The position numbers and the translations under genes were made by a program. Below, in pieces: positions 1 through 7,949 of a stretch of 42,749 nucleotides of DNA. The notes beneath the pieces are model-generated. The model searched no databases and was not told the DNA's origin. It was given only the letters and a program-made list of their open reading frames with translations. Origin of the DNA: Patescibacteria group bacterium (lineage in GTDB: Bacteria; Patescibacteriota; Patescibacteriia; SG8-24); assembly GCA_018813785.1 (NCBI GenBank), contig JAHJAU010000043.1:1-42749 (forward strand), in the 5' to 3' direction. Every line of letters begins with the position of its first letter. Positions within the stretch are counted from its first letter, which is position 1.

Positions 1-257
1 AGTTCGTATCGTATCGCACTATCACAGGTGACCAGCACATCCTCCGCCCAGGCAGACAAACGGCCTGTTTTCGCGTATATCACACCTCTGATTTCCCAAT
101 CCGCCGATATTGCATTATTAATTGATCTTACGCCCTCAACAACAAATTCACCGCTACGATGTCGCTTTTGACGGTTGCGACGGAGCGTCTCTAGGTGTTG
201 AAAAGTGCTATTCTCCTTCCCTATTTTCAATACTTTATCTCCGTCAGATTTTTTCAT
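1..257 (-). CDS. TrmH/SpoU-family RNA methyltransferase, N-terminal part (runs off window start)
   Basis: Not in the ORF track because it is open at the window edge. My translation from ATG (257-255) gives MKKSDGDKVLKIGKENSTFQHLETLRRNRQKRHRSGEFVVEGVRSINNAISADWEIRGVIYAKTGRLSAWAEDVLV..., with no stop to position 1. The pattern resembles the N-terminal domain of RlmB/TrmH-like enzymes. No clear SD. Confidence 0.45.
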   Translation of the reverse strand, partial: MKKSDGDKVLKIGKENSTFQHLETLRRNRQKRHRSGEFVVEGVRSINNAISADWEIRGVIYAKTGRLSAWAEDVLVTCDSAIRYE

Positions 258-320
258 ACATCACAGAGCGTTGTTAGTTGTTTTCAGTTTCCGAATTATT
301 ACCATAACACAAAAAATGAG

Positions 321-349
321 TTAATGGACATTTTCAGTTGGTCTTTTGG
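321..349. repeat. Left terminal inverted repeat of the IS
   Basis: ttaatggacattttcagttggtcttttgg is the exact reverse complement of 1334-1362. Confidence 0.9.
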
Positions 350-429
350 CTATTTTAATGCTAGGTTGCGCATATATTCTTCATTTTGATTTATGAGTAT
401 CAAAAAACTGCCCCGGATGTGGCAGTTTT

Positions 430-1362
430 TTGGTTCAGAAATACGGTCGTCAGAATGGCCTTCAGCGGTATCGTTGCCGTGCATGTCGCGGATGCTTTCG
501 TTCCAAGCGAAAAGGAGCTTCGAGACCCAATGCGCTTTGGAAACGATATACGTTCAAGCGTCAGACGGTGAGCGACCTTGCGACATCCGTGCATCTTTCC
601 GAGCGTCAGGTGAGGCGCAAACTGAAAGGAGCTTCCTGTCCTGAACACGTCCGTTTCAAACGGGGGACGGAGATCGTTCTTGTGACCGATACGACCTATT
701 TCGATGCCTTTGGCGTCATGGTATTTCGATCGTGGACGCATCGAAGCAATATCTACTGGTTTTTCGTGACCGAAGAAACGAATGCTGATTATCTTTCGGG
801 GATCAAGAGGCTTGAAGATGATTTTGGGTATCGGGTTGTCGCCACCGTCTGTGATGGCAAAAAATGGCTCTGTGAGCAGTTTAGAGCGGCTGGATACCCT
901 GTCCAGCATTGCCAGTTCCACATACTCAAGACCGTCACGAGACATCTCACGAGGCATCCCGTTCTTGAGGCCGGCATCGAGCTTCGACGGATCGCCATGA
1001 TGCTGAAACATGCCTCAAGAGCATCCTTCACGGGAGCGCTTCATGATTGGTTTGGGCGCTGGAAGATATTTCTCAAAGAACGCACGACCGATCCCGTGAC
1101 CGGACGATGGCAATACACACATCGGCGCATTCGAGGTGCTTATACCTCCCTCATGCACGCCCTCCCGTTTCTCTTTACCTTCGAAGACTATCCTGACCTC
1201 GATATCCCAAAAACCACCAATACCCTAGACGGAACATTCTCTCATCTCAAGCAAAAAATCTACGTGCATCGTGGACTAAATGTCGAAACTCAAAAGAAGA
1301 TGATCGGGACGATCCTAAATGTTCCCGCACAGACCAAAAGACCAACTGAAAATGTCCATTAA
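430..1362 (+). CDS. Transposase with N-terminal zinc ribbon and HTH, C-terminal DDE-like core; N-terminus probably frameshifted
   Basis: ORF track, 310 aa, called from TTG at 430. It carries RYRCRACRGCF, a basic/HTH-like segment and DTTYF...CDGKK motifs. The in-frame upstream codons (409-429) read CPGCGSF, which completes a C4 zinc ribbon, but the only ATG (393) is in another frame across an A6 run at 402-407. Confidence 0.8.
   Translation: MVQKYGRQNGLQRYRCRACRGCFRSKRKGASRPNALWKRYTFKRQTVSDLATSVHLSERQVRRKLKGASCPEHVRFKRGTEIVLVTDTTYFDAFGVMVFRSWTHRSNIYWFFVTEETNADYLSGIKRLEDDFGYRVVATVCDGKKWLCEQFRAAGYPVQHCQFHILKTVTRHLTRHPVLEAGIELRRIAMMLKHASRASFTGALHDWFGRWKIFLKERTTDPVTGRWQYTHRRIRGAYTSLMHALPFLFTFEDYPDLDIPKTTNTLDGTFSHLKQKIYVHRGLNVETQKKMIGTILNVPAQTKRPTENVH
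1334..1362. repeat. Right terminal inverted repeat of the IS
   Basis: ccaaaagaccaactgaaaatgtccattaa is the exact reverse complement of 321-349. Confidence 0.9.
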
Positions 1363-1646
1363 GCCCAAAAATATCAAGGATTGGATGTCAGTTCCATCCC
1401 TTCCTTTAGTGCCCCCGCCAGAATACTTGAGTCTGGGAGACGGTTAGCGGCATACGCCCCCCTACACTGAACGTTTATCTTGCCCGGAACCAAAAAGACA
1501 GGCTCACTCCTATCCGGCAACTCATTGCCCACATGAAGGGCCATTCGCCCTCCTATCCCCTAGTTTGACTGACTTCCATAAAGACCAGATAAGCAGCCCT
1601 CCGATGACAACCCCATCTTAGCCAAGGCATGAACTGGAGCCTAATC

Positions 1647-1681
1647 AAAACCCACCGCCCTACTCTGGATAGGGCGGCGGG
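1647..1681 (-). terminator. Rho-independent terminator after tRNA-Trp
   Basis: On the minus strand, CCCGCCGCCCTA/TAGGGCGGTGGG forms a 12-bp stem (one G-U) followed by TTTTGATT. Confidence 0.6.
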
Positions 1682-1713
1682 CTCTGCTCCGTACCCGGCG
1701 GTACGGAGCGCAG

Positions 1714-1784
1714 CAGGGGCGACAGGACTCGAACCTGTAGTCCCGGTTTTGGAGACCGGTGGTTTACCATTAACCGACGCCCCT
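1714..1784 (-). tRNA. tRNA-Trp (anticodon CCA)
   Basis: Hand-folded cloverleaf. Acceptor AGGGGCG/CGCCCCT, anticodon stem CCGGT/ACCGG with loop CTCCAAA, T-loop TTCGAGT. The 3' CCA is not encoded. Confidence 0.85.
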
Positions 1785-1831
1785 ATGCCTTTCTTTTGTA
1801 CCTAATTTTAAACCAGATGTCCATTATACAA

Positions 1832-1854
1832 ACGCGGCGGTTGATCCGCCGCGT
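1832..1854 (-). terminator. GC-rich hairpin downstream of rpmG (terminator or processing hairpin)
   Basis: ACGCGGCGG-ATCAA-CCGCCGCGT on the minus strand, followed by TTGTATAAT. There is no long U run. Confidence 0.35.
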
Positions 1855-1878
1855 CATACACCCTACCCCAACTAAAAA

Positions 1879-2034
1879 CTATTTAGTTTCTTTGTGTGCA
1901 ACATGCTTCTTGCACCAGCGACAAAATTTCGACAACTCGAGTCGATTTTTTAAGGTCTTCTTATTTTTATGACCGCGATAATTGATGCGCTTGCACTCTC
2001 CGCATTCTAATTTGATAGCGTTATCTTGAGACAT
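1879..2034 (-). CDS. rpmG: 50S ribosomal protein L33
   Basis: Below the ORF-track size cutoff. My translation is [51 protein letters not shown] (51 aa), with the CxxC...CxxC pattern of a C4-type L33. Confidence 0.85.
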   Translation of the reverse strand: MSQDNAIKLECGECKRINYRGHKNKKTLKNRLELSKFCRWCKKHVAHKETK

Positions 2035-2116
2035 ATCAATCAATTTGTTACGGCATCGATCTTAATCGACTCTGGCCGATTTGTCTAGTCCGGGCTGTAA
2101 CCCGATATTTATTTAC

Positions 2117-2193
2117 TGGAGCCACCTCTGGGATTCGAACCCAGGACAACCAGTTTACAAAACTGGTGCTCTAACCAACTGAGCTAAGGTGGC
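2117..2193 (-). tRNA. tRNA-Thr (anticodon TGT), CCA encoded
   Basis: Reverse complement is GCCACCTTAGCTCAGTTGGTTAGAGCACCAGTTTTGTAAACTGGTTGTCCTGGGTTCGAATCCCAGAGGTGGCTCCA. Anticodon loop TTTGTAA. Confidence 0.9.
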
Positions 2194-2308
2194 AAAAGAC
2201 CGATTTTCTTTGATAGAGCTACAGCTGAGCATCCCTCGTAGCTCCAGACGAACCTCTGCACAAAACAAATTGTGTAGAATGAACAAATTTAAATGAAGCG
2301 ACAAGGGG

Positions 2309-2393
2309 TGGTGGGCAGGGCTGGATTCGAACCAGCGAAGGCGTAGCCAGCAGATTTACAGTCTGCCCCGGTTGACCACTTCGGTACCTACCC
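2309..2393 (-). tRNA. tRNA-Tyr (anticodon GTA), long variable arm, CCA encoded
   Basis: Reverse complement is GGGTAGGTACCGAAGTGGTCAACCGGGGCAGACTGTAAATCTGCTGGCTACGCCTTCGCTGGTTCGAATCCAGCCCTGCCCACCA. Anticodon loop CTGTAAA. Confidence 0.9.
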
Positions 2394-2545
2394 TCGATTA
2401 GATGCATTTTTTAAAAAACTCATTCCCAACGTAAAATAAAAACTTCTCTCTAAAATCACCCATCCCAATATCGCTGTACTGCATCTGTAAGTACGTCAGA
2501 TACAAATCTACACATACCCGCCAATGCAACAAAGCAGCATTGGGA

Positions 2546-2621
2546 TGGAGCCGACGCGCGGATTTGAACCGCGGACCTACTCCTTACCATGGAGTTGCTC
2601 TACCAACTGAGCTACGTCGGC
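2546..2621 (-). tRNA. tRNA-Thr (anticodon GGT), CCA encoded
   Basis: Reverse complement is GCCGACGTAGCTCAGTTGGTAGAGCAACTCCATGGTAAGGAGTAGGTCCGCGGTTCAAATCCGCGCGTCGGCTCCA. Anticodon loop ATGGTAA. Confidence 0.9.
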
Positions 2622-2662
2622 CTATAGTAATGACTAAAATGATCTTTTACTATTTAATCCAT

Positions 2663-3562
2663 TTATTCCTCTAATTCTTCGTCTTCTACCAAAGCCTCGA
2701 TCCGCATCTGCAGAACCTCTAATTTATTATTTTCTGGGTTGGCAATACGGAGTTTCTCTAGGGCGCTCCTAGCTTTAGCTTTATCGCCCTCCATTATACA
2801 CGCTTCAACTAAAGAATCAAGATGCTTGGGATTACTTAGCTCAAAGGCGGCAGCAGTCTCAAAACCAGATCGAGCCGCGGAGAATTCCCCTCTCTCCTGA
2901 CAAACTAAACCGAAATTGGCAAACTGCTTGGCGATCGCAGCATGTTCGGCCGCGCTCGCCGGGCAATCATCAGAAAACGCTTCGAATCGTGGCATGGGTA
3001 TACCCTTGGCCTCACTAACCGATTGGCCACAATATCGCTTCACTAGTAACTTAGCCAAAAAAGAATAGATGTCTTTGGCTCGATCCCATCGTTTGGTATT
3101 CATGTACAATTCACCCAGATCACGATAAACGCTCTCGTTTAGTTCATCCAGAGCCAAAATTTCGATGAGTTTTTTCTCAGCTTCACCAAACTTCTCAGCC
3201 TCGATCAGTCGAAAAGTCTCTTGGCGCAACTTCTCGATCAATGTCTTTTTTTCTTGTGGTTTAAGTCGACGTTCATTACGAAATTGTCGATCAATGGTCA
3301 GCAATTTTTTAACCTGGCGACGAAAAGTATCGCGCAAACGCAATGCTGGCGGCCTGAGTATCTGTAAAATTTTTCCTAACCAGCGCTGAACTGCTCGCTG
3401 AACGCGCTGATCCATAATTTCTCGCTTGCGAACTAAATTACGCTCCTTGGGTATAACCCCAGTATTAATAAGCGTTAGCTGTGGAAATTTACGAACAACA
3501 ATCACCGCTATAATCAGCAAACTAACAATGATGACAGTTAAGCAAATAAAATAGAGCCACAT
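2663..3562 (-). CDS. Membrane-anchored TPR-like repeat protein (hypothetical)
   Basis: ORF track, 299 aa. N-terminal TM helix (MWLYFICLTVIIVSLLIIAVIVV) followed by a helical repeat-like region. Confidence 0.6.
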   Translation of the reverse strand: MWLYFICLTVIIVSLLIIAVIVVRKFPQLTLINTGVIPKERNLVRKREIMDQRVQRAVQRWLGKILQILRPPALRLRDTFRRQVKKLLTIDRQFRNERRLKPQEKKTLIEKLRQETFRLIEAEKFGEAEKKLIEILALDELNESVYRDLGELYMNTKRWDRAKDIYSFLAKLLVKRYCGQSVSEAKGIPMPRFEAFSDDCPASAAEHAAIAKQFANFGLVCQERGEFSAARSGFETAAAFELSNPKHLDSLVEACIMEGDKAKARSALEKLRIANPENNKLEVLQMRIEALVEDEELEE

Positions 3563-3567
3563 AATCG

Positions 3568-4347
3568 TTAAGTCGACATCAATTCTGCCAGACGAATAAA
3601 TTCATCTGCTTGCAGTGATGCTCCGCCCACTAAAGCACCTTCTATGACGTCTTCCTGCAAAAAGGCGGATAGATTGGTCACATTGACCGATCCACCATAA
3701 ATAACAAAACAATTTTTCTCAACTTCGTCGACTGAATACATCTCGCGTAGCATGTCACGAATAATATGATGCACTGCCGCGGCATCGGTCGGTGAAACTG
3801 CCTGACCGGTACCAATAACCCAAACCGGTTCGTAGGCGATAATAATATGTTGATTCCCGGTTGGTCGTGATCCTCCCTCGGCCAAGGCAGCTTGCACCTG
3901 CTTGATAATCACCGCGTCACGCTTGCCAGCCTCGCGCTCAGCCCTGGTTTCACCAACACAAATTATCGGGTTAATGTTGTGCCGCAATAACGCGGCCACT
4001 TTACGCTGAACCATCTCGTCACTTTCATTTAAAAATGTCCGGCGCTCTGAATGCCCGACGATACAATAATCACAGCCCAAATCTTTTAAATTGAGTGGGG
4101 AAATCTCGCCAGTGTAAGCACCTTTATCCTCCCAAAAAACATTCTGCGCACCTACCGAAATACCCGCATCTCGGGCAGCTCCAGATACCACATCCAATGC
4201 CGTCTGAGTTGGGCACAAGACTGTTTCGACCCGAATATCAGTAGTCGGCACAGCTGGCAAAAGTCGACTAATTTGCTCGGTCAATTTCAAACTCTCACTA
4301 TCCGTCAGCTGCATTTTCCAATTGGCAATAAGATATCGTGTGGGCAT
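3568..4347 (-). CDS. tpiA: Triosephosphate isomerase
   Basis: ORF track, 259 aa. Motifs ANWKM, GHSERR and YEPVWVIGTG. Confidence 0.95.
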   Translation of the reverse strand: MPTRYLIANWKMQLTDSESLKLTEQISRLLPAVPTTDIRVETVLCPTQTALDVVSGAARDAGISVGAQNVFWEDKGAYTGEISPLNLKDLGCDYCIVGHSERRTFLNESDEMVQRKVAALLRHNINPIICVGETRAEREAGKRDAVIIKQVQAALAEGGSRPTGNQHIIIAYEPVWVIGTGQAVSPTDAAAVHHIIRDMLREMYSVDEVEKNCFVIYGGSVNVTNLSAFLQEDVIEGALVGGASLQADEFIRLAELMST

Positions 4348-4418
4348 ATGAAATAAAATTGTTTTCGAGTTTGATAGGCTGGTGATAATGATAACACTGC
4401 TTCAGCTGTTGGTTCTGA

Positions 4419-5705
4419 CTAAAGAACCTCAGTGGCGGAAATCAACTGTCGATCATCCTTGAGTGGTCCAATAATTGCCATAGACAAGTGACGGCGATTA
4501 AAAATCCGTTGAGCAACACGCCGAATATCAGCTCGAGTAACCGCCATAATGTTGGTAATCTTCTGTTCTGGTGTTTGAACATGTTGCAATAACAATTCCT
4601 GTTTAGCATACCAATCAGCCTGATGACTGGAGTCCTCGAGAGCCAGCAGAGTTCTACCTCTAATATACTCCTTAGCGCGCGATAATTCCTCTGCACTGAC
4701 AAATTTATCTCGTATCCGACTGAGTTCGGACATAATTAAACGTAAGGCATGATCAACGCGATCTTTGGCTAAACCGGTCTGAATGGTGAAGTCGCCAATG
4801 TCCTGATACGCATTGGCTGTCGCCCGAATAAAATAACATAAACCTTCGCGCTCTCGCACAGATGTAAATAATCGCGAACTCATAGTACCGCCTAAAATCA
4901 CAGCCAGCACCTTAGCAGCTGGCAATTCACGATCAAAATAACCGAAAGCAGGAAAAGCTAATGCGGCTTGTACTTGTTCCGTATCACGCTCAAGTACTTT
5001 TACGCGCGGCTTACGAAAACCAGCCTGAGCTTTATTGAAGCGCTGGAATGGACGTGGTCGACCATGAGAAATCGAGCGGCCAAATGTTTTTTCTAACGTT
5101 TCAATAACCTGTGCTTCATCGAATTTTCCTGCCACAGCCAACACCGTTCGCGCTGGTACATAATAACAATTGCGATAATTAATTAAATCCACCGGGGTCA
5201 GTCCTTTCACTGATTCGACTGTGCCGCCAATACGTTGTCCCAGAGGCGAACCGCGATACAATTCTTCCTCGACTAACTCCTCCACCAGCATCAATGGATT
5301 GTCCTCATACATTCGCAACTCTTCAAGTATGACCTGTCGTTCTGAGGTGACATCACGCGTTCGAAAAAGCGAATGATAAATCATATCCTGGAGCATGTCC
5401 GCCGCCAACTCGAAACGTCCGGACTGCAATTTGATGTAATAGCCGGTGTAATCCTTGGCGGTAAAGGCGTTATAGTCAGCGCCAACCGAATCCAAATCAC
5501 GCGAGATATCAAGTGTGGTTGGTCGGCGGCGCGTACCTTTAAACATTAAGTGCTCAATAAAATGCGATGCTCCTGAAAGCGCTGCATTTTCATATCGCGA
5601 ACCAACCTCATACAAAGCTAAAACGGTCACGGCAGCTGTATCGGCGTGAGGAATGGTGATAACCCGAGTGCCATTTTTTAGTTTGTGTTGTTTAAAATTC
5701 ATCAA
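4419..5705 (-). CDS. M16-family (pitrilysin/insulinase-like) zinc peptidase
   Basis: ORF track, 428 aa. Inverted zinc motif HFIEH (HxxEH) near the N-terminus. Confidence 0.9.
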   Translation of the reverse strand: MMNFKQHKLKNGTRVITIPHADTAAVTVLALYEVGSRYENAALSGASHFIEHLMFKGTRRRPTTLDISRDLDSVGADYNAFTAKDYTGYYIKLQSGRFELAADMLQDMIYHSLFRTRDVTSERQVILEELRMYEDNPLMLVEELVEEELYRGSPLGQRIGGTVESVKGLTPVDLINYRNCYYVPARTVLAVAGKFDEAQVIETLEKTFGRSISHGRPRPFQRFNKAQAGFRKPRVKVLERDTEQVQAALAFPAFGYFDRELPAAKVLAVILGGTMSSRLFTSVREREGLCYFIRATANAYQDIGDFTIQTGLAKDRVDHALRLIMSELSRIRDKFVSAEELSRAKEYIRGRTLLALEDSSHQADWYAKQELLLQHVQTPEQKITNIMAVTRADIRRVAQRIFNRRHLSMAIIGPLKDDRQLISATEVL

Positions 5706-5780
5706 ATACTCAGCTGGTATATCGAATAAAAAACGTAACGACCGAAAAAATTATAATAGCTGCCCTGATAATATTTTTTG

Positions 5781-7178
5781 TTAGGGCAAAGCTACTTTCT
5801 CATCAATCATGTCCGAAAGTTCATCTATCGCGACACGTTCTTGTTTCATGGTATCGCGATCACGCACTGTAACTTTTTTATCCTCCGGAGTATCGAAATC
5901 CACGGTAATACAATAGGGCGTACCGATTTCATCCTGTCGCCGATAACGCCGACCAACTGAACCCGTCTCATCGTACTGAACCATCATTCGCTTAGCGAGC
6001 GCATCACGAATCTCGCGCGCTATGGCAGTAAGAGGTTCTTTCTTGGAAAGCGGTAATACCGCGGCTTTTATTGGTGCGATGGCTGGATGAAAACGTAAAA
6101 CGGTTTCAGTTTCTTTTGCTGATTCAGTCGTAGTCGTGCGACCGCCATCAATTTCCTCGTAGGCATCAAGCAAAAATGTCAGCACCGAACGATCCAAACC
6201 AAGTGCAGGTTCAATCACATACGGCATATACTTCTCACCGGTTTCCTGATCCCGATACGACAAATCTTCACCACTAAATTTAGAGTGCTGCTTCAAATCA
6301 AAATCAGTACGATTGGCGCAACCCCAAAGCTCACCCCAACCCCAAGGATACTCATATTCGAGATCAACCGTGCGTTTGGAATAATGTGATAACTTCTCTT
6401 TCGGATGCTCATAGAATCGCAACTTGTCCGATTTAACCCCCAATCCCACGAACCAATCTTGCATGAACTGCTTCCAAGTTTCGAACCACTCCTCATCGGT
6501 TCCGGGCTTCACAAAAAACTCCATCTCCATTTGTTCAAACTCGCGTGTCCGGAAAATAAAATTACCTGGAGTTATTTCATTTCGGAATGACTTGCCAACC
6601 TGCGCTATACCGAACGGCAGCTTCTGCCGAGATGTATTCAAGACATTGCCAAAATTAACAAAGATGCCCTGAGCGGTCTCTGGTCGTAAGTAAACCACCG
6701 ATGCCTCATCCTCCACCGGCCCCATGAACGTTTTAAACATCAAATTAAACTCACGAATATCGGTAAATTCACCACCGCACTCTGGACACTTCAAATCTTT
6801 AATACTAACCAGCTCTTCTTTTAATCCTGATAAACCGGCCAACTGAGCTTCAATTAAATGATCGGCGCGAAATCGTTTTTTACAACCCTTACAGTCCACG
6901 AGCGGATCAGTAAAACCCTGTAAATGACCGGATGCCTCCCAGGTTTTGGAGTTCATAATAATGGCCGCATCCAAACCAACGATATCGTTACGGCGCTGAA
7001 CCATAGCGTTCCACCAAGCAGTTCGAACATTATTTTTTAATAACACCCCCAGCGGTCCATAATCATAGGTTGAACCAACTCCGCCATAAATCTCGGAGCC
7101 AGGAAATAGAAAACCGCGACGCTTGGCGAGCGATACGATTTTATCCATTAAATCTGATTGAATTTTCTTGTCAGTCAT
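5781..7178 (-). CDS. glyQS: Glycine--tRNA ligase (single-chain GlyQS type)
   Basis: ORF track, 508 aa, trimmed to the internal Met at 7178 ([44 protein letters not shown]...). The 43 residues upstream are hydrophobic read-through of the leader region. Confidence 0.9.
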   Translation of the reverse strand: MTDKKIQSDLMDKIVSLAKRRGFLFPGSEIYGGVGSTYDYGPLGVLLKNNVRTAWWNAMVQRRNDIVGLDAAIIMNSKTWEASGHLQGFTDPLVDCKGCKKRFRADHLIEAQLAGLSGLKEELVSIKDLKCPECGGEFTDIREFNLMFKTFMGPVEDEASVVYLRPETAQGIFVNFGNVLNTSRQKLPFGIAQVGKSFRNEITPGNFIFRTREFEQMEMEFFVKPGTDEEWFETWKQFMQDWFVGLGVKSDKLRFYEHPKEKLSHYSKRTVDLEYEYPWGWGELWGCANRTDFDLKQHSKFSGEDLSYRDQETGEKYMPYVIEPALGLDRSVLTFLLDAYEEIDGGRTTTTESAKETETVLRFHPAIAPIKAAVLPLSKKEPLTAIAREIRDALAKRMMVQYDETGSVGRRYRRQDEIGTPYCITVDFDTPEDKKVTVRDRDTMKQERVAIDELSDMIDEKVALP

Positions 7179-7289
7179 ACGGAAAGAAAGTAACACGAGG
7201 CTTATGAGTAAGCAAGATATATTATGGCATATTTTTACTATCTTCGTCTGTAACTTGATATCGTCGGATAAAATCAACTTTTCAACAAA

Positions 7290-7480
7290 CAAAAAACTCC
7301 CGAACAACGATATGGAGACGGAAATTCAGGTTGGTCATAAGACGTCTGAATCACGGCGCTTTCGCTGAATTATCTCCAGCCGGAGCCGGTGATAATCAGT
7401 TTCCACGCACCGGTCGTCCTTTTCCGGCAAATGCCGGTTGGTGCGACCAATCCCCCTCCATGTCGTAAATCGGGAGTAAC
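7290..7480 (-). ncRNA. Structured RNA candidate A (unclassified), proximal to glyQS
   Basis: 22-position closing helix ACTCCCGATTTACGACATGGAG / CTCCATATCGTTGTTCGGGAGT (18 Watson-Crick pairs plus 1 G-U), immediately followed by TTTTTT. Several internal helices and no ORF. Shares 5' ATGGAGGxGGAT and 3' TTCCGTCTCCATxTCGTT with candidate B. Confidence 0.5.
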
Positions 7481-7496
7481 TTTATCAATTTTGAGT

Positions 7497-7707
7497 CAAA
7501 AAAACTTCTAATTAACGAAATGGAGACGGAAGCCCAGGGTAATCCGTAAACGGATGCCTGTACCGATGACACTTGTGTTGGCAGCTGTCAGCCGAGGCCA
7601 ACTACTACCAATTGCGTGTCTTTATCGCTCTGCCCAGACAAGCCTGGTTAAGGCGATAAGATCCTCCTCCATTCCGCTAATTAGAAGTTGGAATTTTATT
7701 GACCAAC
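7497..7707 (-). ncRNA. Structured RNA candidate B (unclassified), paralog of A
   Basis: 23-bp closing helix AACTTCTAATTAGCGGAATGGAG / CTCCATTTCGTTAATTAGAAGTT, followed by TTTTTTT. Its two non-Watson-Crick positions are G-U on the minus strand but A-C on the plus strand. A consensus promoter lies just upstream. Confidence 0.55.
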
Positions 7708-7712
7708 ATAAC

Positions 7713-7741
7713 ACTATAACACATCTTTAAAATTTTGTCAA
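7713..7741 (-). promoter_or_regulatory. Sigma-70-type promoter driving RNA candidate B
   Basis: On the minus strand, TTGACA - 17 nt - TATAGT, with a TGT extended -10 element. Confidence 0.6.
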
Positions 7742-7794
7742 GAATCTTTGACAAAGAGACAGATATGCAAAATAAAGTGGCTAATTTTAGCTAT

Positions 7795-7822
7795 AAAAAA
7801 GACTACCTAAACTTAGGCAGTC
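7795..7822 (-). terminator. Rho-independent terminator after dnaE
   Basis: Minus-strand hairpin GACTGCCTAAGTTTAGGTAGTC followed by TTTTTT. Confidence 0.6.
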
Positions 7823-7949
7823 AACGTCAGAAATTAATGACATCTTTTAGAGACTTGAATGCTATTCTATCTGATCCCCGCCTATAATTTTAACGTGATC
7901 CTAAGCAAAATATACTGCTTTTGAACCAAAATTCATCAGGTAAAATAAA

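Larger units (their letters stand above)
321..1362 (+). mobile_element. Insertion sequence, 1042 bp, single zinc-ribbon DDE transposase (IS1/IS1595-like; family not resolvable without a search)
   Basis: Perfect 29-bp terminal inverted repeats (321-349 and 1334-1362) bracket one transposase ORF. The transposase stop codon lies inside the right IR. Confidence 0.85.

Noticed and set aside
400-1031. ORFs 400-1011(-), 782-1000(+), 789-1031(-), 386-571(+) and 393-644(+)
   Set aside because: These are antisense or alternative-frame shadows inside the IS transposase gene. Only the first codons of 393-644 matter, for the frameshift observation.
1560-1620. SRP (4.5S) RNA, suggested by aagcagcc...gatgac, which resembles the domain IV 3' strand
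   Set aside because: There is no matching 5' strand (no GGUCC-GNAR tetraloop) and no long closing helix, so the resemblance is too short to support a call.
2219-2407. 62-aa minus-strand ORF
   Set aside because: It overlaps tRNA-Tyr entirely, and the translation is an artefact of the tRNA sequence.
2459-2548. 10-bp inverted repeat ccatcccaat / attgggatgg spanning the tRNA-Thr(GGT) 3' end and the spacer toward tRNA-Tyr
   Set aside because: It is short and AT/GC-neutral, one arm is simply the tRNA 3' end, and it is plausibly a processing-related chance pairing. There is too little support to report it.
7179-7368. N-terminal 43-aa extension of the glyQS ORF, and the plus-strand ORF 7168-7368
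   Set aside because: The extension is hydrophobic read-through with no similarity to GlyRS N-termini. The canonical N-terminus starts at Met 44. The plus-strand ORF overlaps RNA candidate A and has no SD.
7290-7707. T-box leader or tandem glycine riboswitch controlling glyQS
   Set aside because: I could not find the T-box consensus (…GGGTGGTACCGCG-like), a specifier-loop/K-turn Stem I, or the glycine aptamer core (…CACCGAAGGGGCAA / CAGGCAAAAGGAC; only a loose GGAAAAGGACGA resemblance in unit A). Each unit is closed by its own 22-23 bp helix plus U-tract, unlike those classes. I kept the region as an unclassified RNA finding instead.
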